DNA of 64,000 bases from an uncultured delta proteobacterium (GTDB lineage: Bacteria > Myxococcota_A > Polyangia > Fen-1088): NCBI GenBank assembly GCA_963737265.1, contig CAVTRY010000012.1:256001-320000 (forward strand), read 5' to 3'. This document shows positions 21,150 to 31,019 of this stretch, one piece after another. The position numbers were made by a program, and so were the translations under genes. Numbering within the stretch: position 1 is the first letter of the stretch; each line of letters starts with the position of its first letter. Below the pieces are notes generated by a model, which saw only the letters and a program-made list of their open reading frames with translations, was not told where the DNA came from and did no database searches.

Positions 21150-23177
21150 CTACGGCATCGTGCCGTCGGTGCCGGAGATCTTCACCATCACCACGCCGTG
21201 CGCGGGCACGGTTGCGCTGTAGCTGTCGGTGAAGCTGCCGAGATCCTCTTGGGCCCACAGATCGCGCACGGTAGCGGCGCCGGATGCCAGCCAGATCTGG
21301 CCCCAGCTCACCTGGATGACGAGGGCCCCGGTGCCGTGATTGAACAGCAAGACGGCGCGCTGTCCAGCTCCGTTCAAAATCCTTCCGTAAATCTGTTGGT
21401 CACCACTTGAATAAACGCTGACGCCTTGCTTGCCCAGAGGATCTTGGTCGACCGCGATCACTTCCGGGGCAGTGAGGATGTCCTTGGTTGCTTGCGACAT
21501 GGAACGCAGATCGTTACCCGCGATAAGCGGCGCGGCCATGATGGACCACAAGCTGAAGTGCGTGCGGTATTCGGTGTCGCTCATTCCGCCGTTTCCCACC
21601 TCAAGTACGTCGGGATCGTTCCAGTGCCCCGGGCTGGCATATTTTGCCAGCCCAGAGTTCGTGTTAGCGTTACCCGTCATGGAGCCCCAGCTATCGTTGA
21701 TGTCGCCGGTCGTGCGCCAGAGATTGCCGAGTACCGGCTCCCAGGTCTGGAACGACCAGGCACAAATACTGAAAACGATGGCGTGCCCCGAGTTCTTCAA
21801 GGCGTCGCTCATGGTCTTGTACTGCGTCTGCTGGTCCAGATTCGCGTTGCAGTTGTCGTATTTCAGATAGTCGATTCCCCAGGCCGCATAGGTGTTTGCG
21901 TCTTGGACCTCATGGCCCTGAGATCCCGGACGCCCTTCGCAGGTCGCCGTTCCGCGATCCGAGTAGGTTCCGAGCTTCAAACCGAGACCATGGACATAGT
22001 CCGCCACAGTCTTCAGACTTTGCCCGGTAAAGGCAGTGGATGCCTGGATGGTTCCGTCCCCTGCCCGGCTGACTTGCCAGCAGTCGTCGATGTTCACGTA
22101 CTGATAGCCAACGTCTTTCATGCCGGACGACACCATGGCGTCGGCCATCCCTTTGATCATCGTCTCGTTGACGTTGCATCCAAAGTAGTTCCAACTGTCC
22201 CATCCCATGGGAGGGGTTGCGGCGAGAATGCCGCCTGTGCCACTCGCGCCGCCCGCAGCGGGCGTGCCACCCGCGCCGGGCGCGCCACCCGCCGCGCCGG
22301 GCGCGCCGCCGGTACTCGGTGCGCCGCCCGCGCTCATTGTACCGCCCGAAATCACCACGCCGCCCGCACCCGGTGCGCCTCCGGAGCCGGTCGCGCCGCC
22401 GCTAGCCGTTGCGCCGCCCGCACCCGGTGCGCCTCCGGAGCCAGTTGCGCCACCGCTACCCGTCGTTCCACCGCTGGTCGTTGAACCACCCGTGCCGATC
22501 ACACCACCGGTACTCGTTGCGCCGCCCGCGCTCATTGCACCGCCTGAAATCACCACGCCACCTGCACCCGTTGCGCCGCCTTTGGCGCTCGTCCCGCCGA
22601 CTATTGCCGTACCGCCTGACCCCGTCGCACCGCCTGCCCCGGTCGCGCCGCCCGCGCCGGTCGTTCCACCGCCACCTGGCGCCCCGCCTGCGCCCGTTAT
22701 TCCGCCCGTGGCCACTACCCCTCCAGCTCCGGATTGATTTTGGTCCTGGCCTGCGTCGGCGGTATAGGGCGCATCTGGAATTTGGGTCTGCGGAACATCG
22801 ACTGTACCGTCGCTTGAGAGTGCGTCCGGATGGGCATTGCCAATGGCATCGGGGCTGCCGTCCCCTGCGCGAGCGACATCGGTGGTCGTCGGCGCGTCGT
22901 TGCCACCGTCGCCGGAGAGAAGCGCCGCGATTACGTCCGAAGGCAGGCTGGCCCCACAACCCGTGCCCTTACAGCACACGCTGACCACTGGAGGCTGTGC
23001 AACACTTTTCGGGAACTGGACCTGCTCGCAGGTGTAGCCAGATGGACAATCAGCCTGTGTTTGGCAGCTGATGTGGCCATTCGGAATATTTGGCGAAAAG
23101 CTACAGGCGGCAAGAGCGTATGCGTAGCCCGCGAGCGCCAGCCGGCGAACCTGAAATCTGGGAATGGTCATCCTCAT
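21150..23177 (-). CDS. GH27 alpha-galactosidase lipoprotein with N-terminal Cys-rich domain and Gly/Thr/Ala linker
   Basis: LAAC lipobox; TPPMGWDSWN, NIDDCW, DYLKYDNC, WRTTGDI and WNDPD motifs. Confidence 0.93.
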   Translation of the reverse strand: MRMTIPRFQVRRLALAGYAYALAACSFSPNIPNGHISCQTQADCPSGYTCEQVQFPKSVAQPPVVSVCCKGTGCGASLPSDVIAALLSGDGGNDAPTTTDVARAGDGSPDAIGNAHPDALSSDGTVDVPQTQIPDAPYTADAGQDQNQSGAGGVVATGGITGAGGAPGGGGTTGAGGATGAGGATGSGGTAIVGGTSAKGGATGAGGVVISGGAMSAGGATSTGGVIGTGGSTTSGGTTGSGGATGSGGAPGAGGATASGGATGSGGAPGAGGVVISGGTMSAGGAPSTGGAPGAAGGAPGAGGTPAAGGASGTGGILAATPPMGWDSWNYFGCNVNETMIKGMADAMVSSGMKDVGYQYVNIDDCWQVSRAGDGTIQASTAFTGQSLKTVADYVHGLGLKLGTYSDRGTATCEGRPGSQGHEVQDANTYAAWGIDYLKYDNCNANLDQQTQYKTMSDALKNSGHAIVFSICAWSFQTWEPVLGNLWRTTGDINDSWGSMTGNANTNSGLAKYASPGHWNDPDVLEVGNGGMSDTEYRTHFSLWSIMAAPLIAGNDLRSMSQATKDILTAPEVIAVDQDPLGKQGVSVYSSGDQQIYGRILNGAGQRAVLLFNHGTGALVIQVSWGQIWLASGAATVRDLWAQEDLGSFTDSYSATVPAHGVVMVKISGTDGTMP

Positions 23178-23189
23178 CGGAAAACGCGA

Positions 23190-23960
23190 CTAGAAAACCA
23201 TGTTCAGGCCGGCGCCCGCGCCGCCGGCCATGAATACGGGAGAGACATACGTCGATGTTACCCGAGTTTTGTGCGCGGTGGACGTCGTTCCCATCCAGTA
23301 CAGCACGCTGCCAGCGACAACCGCCGCCGCGCCCACACCATACGAAATCCATTGCATGGTCTCGTAGCGACGACCGTCCGCGAGCTTTCCGCTGACCGCG
23401 GACAGCTGGACCCCATAGCCCTTGGTCTGATTCTCGACGTCGCTTGCCGTCTGCTTCACGAGCAGCGTGAACACGGCCCCGGTAACCAAGGCCGCGCCCC
23501 CGAAAATGCCAACTCCGATTCCTGCGTAGCGCAGACCGCGTTCGGGCTCGGGCGGGATGGCTTGCGCGGAGGTGACGGGCACGAGTGCCGCGGCGGTCGA
23601 CGCGGCCCCGCCAGCCGGCTGCTCCCGTTGCTGATCGGCTTCGATTTCAGCGATGTATTTCTTCGCGTCCTTGATATCTTCATCGAGCGCGCCCTGACTC
23701 TTGCGCAAGAATTCCTTGAATCTGGACAGGGCGAGGGCAGGCTGAGCGTTCTGGTGATAGCAACGTCCCTGGTTGAAAATCCAGATCGAGTCGCCCGACG
23801 CCATATACAGCTCAGCCAGAAGTCGAACACCCTTCTGGACGTCGCCCGCCACGCAGGCTGCCTTCGCCTCGCCCACGCGTGGGTCCTGGCCAGCCTCCTC
23901 GGCCCGCGCAACACGGCCCGCAAGCAGGCAACACACAAGCAAGCCAAAGATCTTCTGCAT
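23190..23960 (-). CDS. Exported TPR protein with two Gly-rich hydrophobic segments and a terminal beta-strand ending in Phe
   Basis: Signal peptide MQKIFGLLVCCLLAGRVARA; IFNQGRC; ends GAGLNMVF; paralogue at 47999-48838. Confidence 0.8.
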   Translation of the reverse strand: MQKIFGLLVCCLLAGRVARAEEAGQDPRVGEAKAACVAGDVQKGVRLLAELYMASGDSIWIFNQGRCYHQNAQPALALSRFKEFLRKSQGALDEDIKDAKKYIAEIEADQQREQPAGGAASTAAALVPVTSAQAIPPEPERGLRYAGIGVGIFGGAALVTGAVFTLLVKQTASDVENQTKGYGVQLSAVSGKLADGRRYETMQWISYGVGAAAVVAGSVLYWMGTTSTAHKTRVTSTYVSPVFMAGGAGAGLNMVF

Positions 23961-23976
23961 TCTCTTTCCTCGCCAG

Positions 23977-24016
23977 AGGCCGAAATAGTACCAGACAGGC
24001 CGAAATAGTACAAGAC
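23977..24016. repeat. 20-bp tandem direct repeat just upstream of the TPR gene
   Basis: AGGCCGAAATAGTACCAGAC followed by AGGCCGAAATAGTACAAGAC. Confidence 0.8.
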
Positions 24017-24099
24017 AACTTCTCGGATGCATACAACACCCGGAGAAGGCTGGGGTGCCGAGACCCTGCGCGTAGCTACTTGGCTGAAACCGAATGGCT

Positions 24100-25677
24100 C
24101 TACGGCATCGTGCCGTCGGTGCCGGAGATATTCACCATCACTGCGCCATGCGCGGGAACGGTTGCGCTGTAGCTGTCGGTGAAGCTGCCAAGATCCTTTT
24201 GGGCCCACAGATCGCGCACGGTGGCGGCGCCGGATGCCAGCCAGATCTGGTTCCAGGACACCTTGATGGTGGGGTTTCCGGTGCCGTGATTGAACAGTAG
24301 AACGGCGCGCTGTCCAGCCCCGTTCAAAATCCGTCCGTAGATCTGTTGGTCACCGTTCGAATAAACGCTGACGCCTTGCTTGCCTAGGGGATCTTGGTCG
24401 ACCGCAATCACTTCTGGGGCGGTCAGGATGTCCGTGGTCGCCTGCGACATGGAACGTAGATCGTTTCCGGCGATAAGCGGCGCGGCCATGATGGACCACA
24501 AGCTGAAGTGCGTGCGGTATTCGGTGTCGCTCATTCCGCCGTTTCCGACCTCAAGCATGTCGGGATCGTTCCAGTGCCCTGGGCTGGCATACTTCGCCAG
24601 CCCGGTGTTCGTGTTAGCGTTACCCGTCATGGAGCCCCAGCTGTCGTTGATGTCGCCGGTCGTGCGCCAGAGATTGCCGAGTACCGGCTCCCAGGTCTGG
24701 AACGACCAGGCGCAAATACTGAATACGATGGGGTGATTCAATTTGTTGTTCTTCAAGGCGTCGCTCATGGTCTTGTACTGCGTCTGCTGGTCCAGATTCG
24801 CGTTGCAGTTGTCGTATTTCAGATAATCGACCCCCCAGGCCGCATAGGTGTTTGCGTCTTGGACCTCGTAACCCTGCCCCCCCGGGCGCCCAGCGCAGGT
24901 GTTGGTTCCGCGATCCGAGTAGGCTCCGAGCTTCAAACCGAGCCCATGAACGTAGTCCGCCAAGGTCTTCAGACTTTGCCCAGTGAAGCCAGTGGAGGCC
25001 TGGATGGTTCCGTCCCCAGCCCGGCTGACTTGCCAGCAGTCGTCGATGTTCACGTATTGATAGCCAGCGGCCTTCATGCCTGACGACACCATGGCGTCGG
25101 CCATCCCTTTGATCATCGACTCGTTGACGTTGCATCCAAACTTGTTCCAACTGTTCCATCCCATGGGCGGGGTTGCGGCGAGGATCCCGGTGCCACTCGC
25201 GCCGCCCGCGGCGGACGTGCCACCCGTGCCGGTTTTGCCACCTGAGCCCGACGCGCCGCCCGCGCTGGATGCGCCGCCCGAAGCGGTTGTGCCGCCAGAG
25301 CCCGACGCACCACCCGAACCAGGCGCACCGCCCGAGCCAACCGCGCCGCCGAGGATTGGCGCTCCTCCGGTCGCGCTCGCGCCGCCGCTGCCGGTGGGCG
25401 CTGTCGCTCCACCACTGCTGGCGGGCAACGTGGATCCACCCATGCCGGTTCGTCCACCCGTGGCCGCAACAGCTCCCCCGGTCGCGCTCGCACCGCCACT
25501 GCTGGCGGGCGCTGCCGACCCACCCGCGCCCGTTCGTCCACCGGTGGCCGCGACGGTTCCTCCGCTGGCGACCGAGCCGCCGGTCTTGCTGCCTCCCGTG
25601 TCTGTGCTCGAACCACCGCCGCCTGAGGAACAACCGGCCAAAATCATCCCTAGAAACGTGAGCTTGTGGATTCTCAT
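24100..25677 (-). CDS. GH27 alpha-galactosidase lipoprotein (paralogue)
   Basis: ILAGC lipobox; catalytic domain nearly identical to that of 21150-23177. Confidence 0.93.
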   Translation of the reverse strand: MRIHKLTFLGMILAGCSSGGGGSSTDTGGSKTGGSVASGGTVAATGGRTGAGGSAAPASSGGASATGGAVAATGGRTGMGGSTLPASSGGATAPTGSGGASATGGAPILGGAVGSGGAPGSGGASGSGGTTASGGASSAGGASGSGGKTGTGGTSAAGGASGTGILAATPPMGWNSWNKFGCNVNESMIKGMADAMVSSGMKAAGYQYVNIDDCWQVSRAGDGTIQASTGFTGQSLKTLADYVHGLGLKLGAYSDRGTNTCAGRPGGQGYEVQDANTYAAWGVDYLKYDNCNANLDQQTQYKTMSDALKNNKLNHPIVFSICAWSFQTWEPVLGNLWRTTGDINDSWGSMTGNANTNTGLAKYASPGHWNDPDMLEVGNGGMSDTEYRTHFSLWSIMAAPLIAGNDLRSMSQATTDILTAPEVIAVDQDPLGKQGVSVYSNGDQQIYGRILNGAGQRAVLLFNHGTGNPTIKVSWNQIWLASGAATVRDLWAQKDLGSFTDSYSATVPAHGAVMVNISGTDGTMP

Positions 25678-25989
25678 GATTACCCCTCGTGCTGGTGGTA
25701 GGTCCGCGTGGCGAGTCCGCACGTTGACAACCAATGTGTCGAGGCTTCCAGAAGCTTCAACCCAATGCATTTTGTTGAGATCGAGGTACGGGGCACGAGG
25801 CGTGCCAGCGGGAAGTGCGGCGGCAGTCGGCCCCGGCGACGTGCCATCAGCGACTTAGAAAGATCAAGCTCACGCCGTAGATGTTTTGCGGGAAGGTCGC
25901 GGTCCACGATGGGCCCGCGGCCGTGGTCGAGTATAGCAAAGTTCGGCGGCGTTGCTGATCTGTGTCCACTGCGCTTGCGAGGGCTTGGC

Positions 25990-26200
25990 GGGCTTTCCCA
26001 GGCCGGCTGGGTGAAGCCGATCTCCAACGACCGGACGCATGCCGGCCGCGACGATGCCGTCGTAGACCCGATCGAACTTGGCCCAGGTGTAGACCGGCGT
26101 TCCGTTTTTTTCGCTGTACACGCCAATGTCGGAGTCGAGAACGCCGTGAAAACGAACAGACTGGAAACCGGCATGGTCGTGTCCCTTTTCCAAGGCGGCC
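25990..26200 (-). pseudogene. GH39 beta-xylosidase fragment
   Basis: AGFQSVRFHGVLDSDIGVY...YTWAKFDRVYDGIVAAGMRPVV, after which the frame is lost. Confidence 0.75.
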
Positions 26201-26239
26201 TGGGCCTGTCCCAGCCGGCGGCGACAGGGGTTTTCCAGA

Positions 26240-27436
26240 TCAGCGATATTGTGGGGCGGCTGCGAAAGCTTTGCCTAACGAGGTGATGACGGAAACGCCG
26301 GCCGCGTTGGCCTGGTAAAGTTCGTTGTAGGTGTTCCAGGGGTACCAGGCGTAGCGTTCGACCAGCGGATGATTCTTGAGCATCGCGATCGCGTTGCCAA
26401 AGAAGGTGAGCACGGTCTGTTCGTCCGGATTGCTCGATCCCATGCACCCGAACTCGGTAATCCAGACGGGAAGGCCCCACTGCGAAGCCCAGTTGATCGC
26501 ACCCTGGAGCTGACCTGACGTACAGGAGCCAGCATTCCAGCCATACCAGTGCATAGCAATAGAGTCGACACGCAGACCCTTCGCCTTGACCTGAGTCATG
26601 AAGCTCTCGAGCCAAGCGCGCCCGTCGTCGGAAACAGCGGGGCTGCTGACCCGGATGTTCGGATTGCTGGTTAGGGTCGGCCAAAGCGCGATGGCGGCAT
26701 CTACCGTCATGTTGGCCTGGTCGGCCTTGTTGGGTTCGTTGAAGCCGAGCACCGTCTTGTACCCGGCGTTACCAATTGCCTTGATGGCGCCTGCGACGTC
26801 GCCCCCTCCCCAGACCATCGGCACGAAGTAGGGATCGTTGCAGTCCGTGGCTTTCGGCGAGGTTCCCCAGTTGTAACACCAGGTGGAGCCCAAAGCCGCG
26901 AGCTGTGCCGCTGGGGAATTCGCCACGCCTTTATAAGGAGATTGGCCCGTGGTTCCGCCCGTACTGGTCGCGCCGCCCGTGCCGGCGCCGCCCGTGCCCG
27001 CGCCGCCCGTGCCCGTCCGTCCACCGGCGGCGACGGCAGCGTCCGCAGACGCGCCACCGGACCCAAGGTTTCCGCTGGTTTGTCCGCCCGTGGCAGCGTC
27101 GGCCGATGTCCCACCGGCCCCGATGACGCCACCAGAGCCCGTCCGTCCGCCCGTGACCGCCCCGCCAACCGCTGACGCACCACCGTTCGCGGTAGCGCCG
27201 CCGTTTTTCTGGCCGCCCACGCCACCGCTGGTTTGCGGTGATGCGCCACCGCTGCCCGTTGCGCCGCCATGCAGGGTCGAGGTGCCGCCCGAACCTCCCT
27301 GACCAATCGCGCCCCCAGTCCCAGGCGTGGCACCACCACTAGCTGGCCCGGGCGAGCCGCCTTGGGGATCGGCGCTGCAGCTGAAAAAACCGAGACCGAA
27401 TAGTGCAGTCACGAAGACCGCCGCTACTTTGTGCAT
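26240..27436 (-). CDS. GH128-like (Glyco_hydro_cc) beta-1,3-glucanase lipoprotein
   Basis: WCYNW, FVPMVWG, LGFNEP, HWY, PVWITEFG and VERYAW motifs; Gly-rich linker. Confidence 0.88.
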   Translation of the reverse strand: MHKVAAVFVTALFGLGFFSCSADPQGGSPGPASGGATPGTGGAIGQGGSGGTSTLHGGATGSGGASPQTSGGVGGQKNGGATANGGASAVGGAVTGGRTGSGGVIGAGGTSADAATGGQTSGNLGSGGASADAAVAAGGRTGTGGAGTGGAGTGGATSTGGTTGQSPYKGVANSPAAQLAALGSTWCYNWGTSPKATDCNDPYFVPMVWGGGDVAGAIKAIGNAGYKTVLGFNEPNKADQANMTVDAAIALWPTLTSNPNIRVSSPAVSDDGRAWLESFMTQVKAKGLRVDSIAMHWYGWNAGSCTSGQLQGAINWASQWGLPVWITEFGCMGSSNPDEQTVLTFFGNAIAMLKNHPLVERYAWYPWNTYNELYQANAAGVSVITSLGKAFAAAPQYR

Positions 27437-27564
27437 ACCAATCCCTCCGTTGGCACGCACTTACTCTACAGGAAAAGCGGGTCTTGGGAACGCGCAAATG
27501 GGCTTGCACGCGGGCGCCGCCGCGATCTTGGTTGCCGGCTACTCTGGCCTTGTCCGTCGCGACT

Positions 27565-27939
27565 TCACGCGACCTTGGCAGAGACGCGGTCCCGATCTCC
27601 GATTGCGCCGTACTGGCTCTCATCGACCCGTATGCAAATCGCCTCAGCGACTGGATAGACGAAGATATTGCCGTTGCCTACTTCCCCGGGGCGAGCGGTC
27701 GACACGATGGCGTCCACGGCTGGCTTCACCAGTTCCTCGTCGAGAACAATCTGGACGCGCACCATGGGTACGGAGTCGATCACGAAGGACGAACCACGGT
27801 AGATTCTCGGCTTGCCATCGGTGAAGGCGCAATCCTTGACATCCGAAAGCGTCATAGCCCTCACTCCCACCTGCCGGACCAGTTTCTTCACCGCCTCCAC
27901 GTTTGACGGTTTGATGATGGCGTCGATGCATTTCATCAT
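27565..27939 (-). CDS. P-II family nitrogen regulator (divergent)
   Basis: IDAIIKP...YRG...ARPGEVGNGNIFVYPVAEAICIR. Confidence 0.88.
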   Translation of the reverse strand: MMKCIDAIIKPSNVEAVKKLVRQVGVRAMTLSDVKDCAFTDGKPRIYRGSSFVIDSVPMVRVQIVLDEELVKPAVDAIVSTARPGEVGNGNIFVYPVAEAICIRVDESQYGAIGDRDRVSAKVA

Positions 27940-28159
27940 GTTGGCTCCTTTTACTGAGGAAAGCAGAGCGGACGGGATATCACAATGGATCGAGGCACGA
28001 GTTTTCGCCGGATTTGCCCGACAGAAACAGCTACGAAACGTCAGAAACAACGGGGCAACATTCCGTTCTTAACCTAGTTTGCAGGTGTGACGGCGCAAGC
28101 CAGGATCGAGTCGGTATCGAGATCCGTGGCAATGTGCCGCATGTAACCGTCGAATCGCC

Positions 28160-28323
28160 GCGCTCAAGACGTGTCCATAAATGGACCCGTCTTGAAGATT
28201 TTTGAAGGGAGGGCCGCTGCCCTCCCCTCGTCCGCGAAGTAAATTCGCGGACTTCACCCCACCTGCGGCCGAGCCCTTGGCTCGGCTGCTGAAGAACTGT
28301 CCAATTTTTGGACAGTTCTTCAG
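28160..28323. repeat. Multi-hairpin dispersed repeat (MITE/REPIN-like), long copy
   Basis: Both ends match 62803-62909 in inverted orientation. Confidence 0.85.
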
Positions 28324-30572
28324 CGCAACCGAAAGCCCGCCAGGAGCAGCCTTGGCGGGCCGATGGTGTCGACGCCGGGGCGGCCGACCAGGTACCTCGT
28401 GTCGAAGAGGTTTTGCACCAGGCCGTAGGCTTCGAGGCCGCGGTAGAGGGGAAGGGCGGCGAAAAGGTCGACGACGGCGAAACCACGCATCGGCAGCGTG
28501 TTGAGAGCGTCTTCGTATTGCGCGGATTGGGCGCGCACCTGCACGGAGATGAAGGCCAAGTGTGGGTCGACGTAACGAATTTCGGCGCGGCCGCGGTGGA
28601 CGGGATCTTGGGGCAAGCGTTTGCCCTGCAACGCCGGAGTGTCGGCCTCGACGACCCTGGCGTCGATGGCGTCGTAGGACAGCGACGCAATGAAATGCCG
28701 AAAAGGGCGCACGTCCAATGAGCTTTCGATGCCGCGCACGTCGGCCTTGCCCAGGTTTTGGCGCTGCTGGGTGGCGCCATTGATGGGCTGGGCCAGCGTG
28801 ACGCTGAGGATTGGATCGTCGAGGCGGTTGACGAACCCGGTGACACGAACGGCGCCGAGGTCGGTGAAAAGGTACTCGAGCCCGAGGTCAGCGCCGAGCA
28901 AGTGCTCGGACGTCAGGTTTTCATTGGCGGCGGTCAACACGGTGCCGACCTGAAACGGGCGGTACAGCTCGCTCAGCGTCGGCGCGCGGAATGCGGTGTA
29001 GCCGGCTGCGCGGATGCGCCAGGCCTGCGCGGGTTTAAGCAGCAGGCCCAAACGCGGGTTGATCTCCGAGGCGCTGCGATCGGCGAAGTCATTCACAATG
29101 GTCGTGCCCGACTGCTGACGGACAGTGCGCTCCCCGTCGACATTGCTCCAGCGATCGAAGCGAAGCGCGAAGGACGCCTCGATCCATTGGGCCGGGTCGT
29201 ACACGTCCTGCGCGAAAATACCGACGAAACGCTGTTCGCCGCCCGCGGCGCGGTGAACTGTGGAGGTGTCGGTCAGCACCGCGGGGAAGAGCGTATCGTC
29301 CGCCGTGCCCGAGACGCGAAAGGCGTCGGCACCGATCATCAAAGTGTGAGCGCCAGCGGCCTCGAGCGGGCGGCTGGTGAAAACCACACTGCCCCCCTGC
29401 GAATCGTCCTTGACCTGCTGCTGGTCGGCGAGGGCTTCGGACGACCGGTCGCTGGCCACGCTCGATCGGCCTTGCAGAAAGGTTTCCCAGCCGAGGAACG
29501 CATTTGCGGTCAGAGCCCCCGCGTTTTCGAAGGCGTGTTCGAAGGTCAGACCGAAGGATTGCGTGCTTGGGCGGCCGGTCGTCAGGGGCGTGCCGCCGTT
29601 TTCGCTTTCTTCGAAGACGCGAAACTGCGCGCCCACCCGCGTGGCCTCCGATGGATCCCAGGCAACGCGCGCGTTGATGGCGCCGTGGCGGCTCCACGCG
29701 GGTTGATCGATGGCGCCCCGCTGATTGGCAGCGACCTGCACGTAGCCGTCGAAGTCGGTCCCTTCCGCCTCGACGGCGACACCCAGATTGCGGTAGCGAT
29801 AGCCGGCCGCCACAGACGCCGTTTTCAGGCCAAAATTGCCAAGCGCCGCTTCGGCCTCGACCCGGTTCGCAATCGGCCGCGAGAACATTTGGATGACACC
29901 ACCCATCGCCGTGTTGCCGAACAACGCGGACGTGCCACCGGGGACGACTTCGACGCGGTCGATGCCCAGGCGCGGAAGCGCTTGCCAATAAATCCAGCCG
30001 CCAAAGGCTTGCGTGACCGGAACCCCGTCGAGCAGCACCAGCGCACGCGACACGCCCGAAGGCGCCAGCCCGCGCAGGGTCAGGCCCTGGGACGTGGGAT
30101 CGGCGGTCAGGCTCGAGGATCGCCGAAAGGTGGCGACCGTCGGCAGCGCGCGCACCAGCTCGTCGGTCGCGAGCGCCGGCGTGGTGTCGATTTCATCGCG
30201 GGTGAGCACCGTGACGGTGTTCGGCACGTCTGGCAGCGGGCGCGGCAGGCGCAAAGAAGTGACCGTGGTCTCGTAAACGGGCTGGCGCCTGGGCGCCGAT
30301 CCCGCGTTGCCCGAAACGGCGGAGGCTGTGGGGGTTGCGTTCGCAGGCACATTCGCCGGCGCGGCAGGCGTACCCGTCGGCTGGTTCGCCGATGCGGCGA
30401 GCGCATCCTTCGGCGAAGCCGGCGCAGGCGCGGATTCGGCCGGCGTTGGTGGTGGGCCTTCCGAGGATACCGGCGGTGGGTCCGTGCCCTGGGCCCGCGC
30501 CCAGCTCGGCGCCAATCCCAACGCCAGGAACAGGAGAGACCGATGCAGCAGTTCTCCAGGGGATCCGCGCAT
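28320..30572 (-). CDS. TonB-dependent receptor
   Basis: Plug motif LVLLDGVP...IDRVEVVPGGTSALFG..AMGGVI; C-terminal QNLFDTRY...GFRLR. Confidence 0.95.
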   Translation of the reverse strand: MRGSPGELLHRSLLFLALGLAPSWARAQGTDPPPVSSEGPPPTPAESAPAPASPKDALAASANQPTGTPAAPANVPANATPTASAVSGNAGSAPRRQPVYETTVTSLRLPRPLPDVPNTVTVLTRDEIDTTPALATDELVRALPTVATFRRSSSLTADPTSQGLTLRGLAPSGVSRALVLLDGVPVTQAFGGWIYWQALPRLGIDRVEVVPGGTSALFGNTAMGGVIQMFSRPIANRVEAEAALGNFGLKTASVAAGYRYRNLGVAVEAEGTDFDGYVQVAANQRGAIDQPAWSRHGAINARVAWDPSEATRVGAQFRVFEESENGGTPLTTGRPSTQSFGLTFEHAFENAGALTANAFLGWETFLQGRSSVASDRSSEALADQQQVKDDSQGGSVVFTSRPLEAAGAHTLMIGADAFRVSGTADDTLFPAVLTDTSTVHRAAGGEQRFVGIFAQDVYDPAQWIEASFALRFDRWSNVDGERTVRQQSGTTIVNDFADRSASEINPRLGLLLKPAQAWRIRAAGYTAFRAPTLSELYRPFQVGTVLTAANENLTSEHLLGADLGLEYLFTDLGAVRVTGFVNRLDDPILSVTLAQPINGATQQRQNLGKADVRGIESSLDVRPFRHFIASLSYDAIDARVVEADTPALQGKRLPQDPVHRGRAEIRYVDPHLAFISVQVRAQSAQYEDALNTLPMRGFAVVDLFAALPLYRGLEAYGLVQNLFDTRYLVGRPGVDTIGPPRLLLAGFRLR

Positions 30573-30729
30573 GGTGCGGGCACGTTACTGAAAATTCTCT
30601 TCGTTGTCTACGGACGGGAATTCCGTGAATTCCGTGCTTGACGTCCCCTTTTCCAGACGGACGGGAATTCCGCAAACGGTACCTTTTTCAGACTTGAATT
30701 AGGACTTGTTTGCGCCCATGATCCCGCGC

Positions 30730-31017
30730 ATGCGGGCCATCAAAGTTGCCGAAGACATCGTTCCGGTGGGCGAGTTCAAGGGACAGACAGCGCGTTGGCT
30801 CAGGCATGCCGCCGAAACGGGGCAACCCGTGGTGATCACCCAGAACGGCAAGCCGGCCGGCGTCCTGGTCTCGCCGACCGAGTACGACCGTCTGACGGAG
30901 CGGGAACGTTTCATCGAGTCGGTCGCGCTCGGTCTTGCCGATTCTGAAGCTGGTAAAACCATGGACACGAAGAAACTCCTGCGCCGACTTGAAGAGCGGC
31001 GGTCGCTCGGACGGTAG
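30730..31017 (+). CDS. Phd/YefM antitoxin
   Basis: PVGEFK...GQPVVITQNGKPAGVLVSPTEYD. Confidence 0.92.
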   Translation: MRAIKVAEDIVPVGEFKGQTARWLRHAAETGQPVVITQNGKPAGVLVSPTEYDRLTERERFIESVALGLADSEAGKTMDTKKLLRRLEERRSLGR

Positions 31018-31019
31018 CC

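Noticed and set aside
21150-25677. GH27 enzymes as beta-L-arabinopyranosidases of the ara regulon
   Set aside because: Both have NIDDCW (Asp, alpha-galactosidase type), and I saw no copy of the ara operator nearby.
28758-30641. Long antisense or alternate-frame ORFs (also 10733-11869, 55785-57488, 55844-57352, and the 5' part of 59417-62005)
   Set aside because: Shadow ORFs of high-GC genes with no recognisable motifs.
30575-30700. Riboswitch upstream of the TonB receptor
   Set aside because: No cobalamin or TPP consensus is recognisable; the ACGGACGGGAATTCCG repeats resemble the array motif instead.
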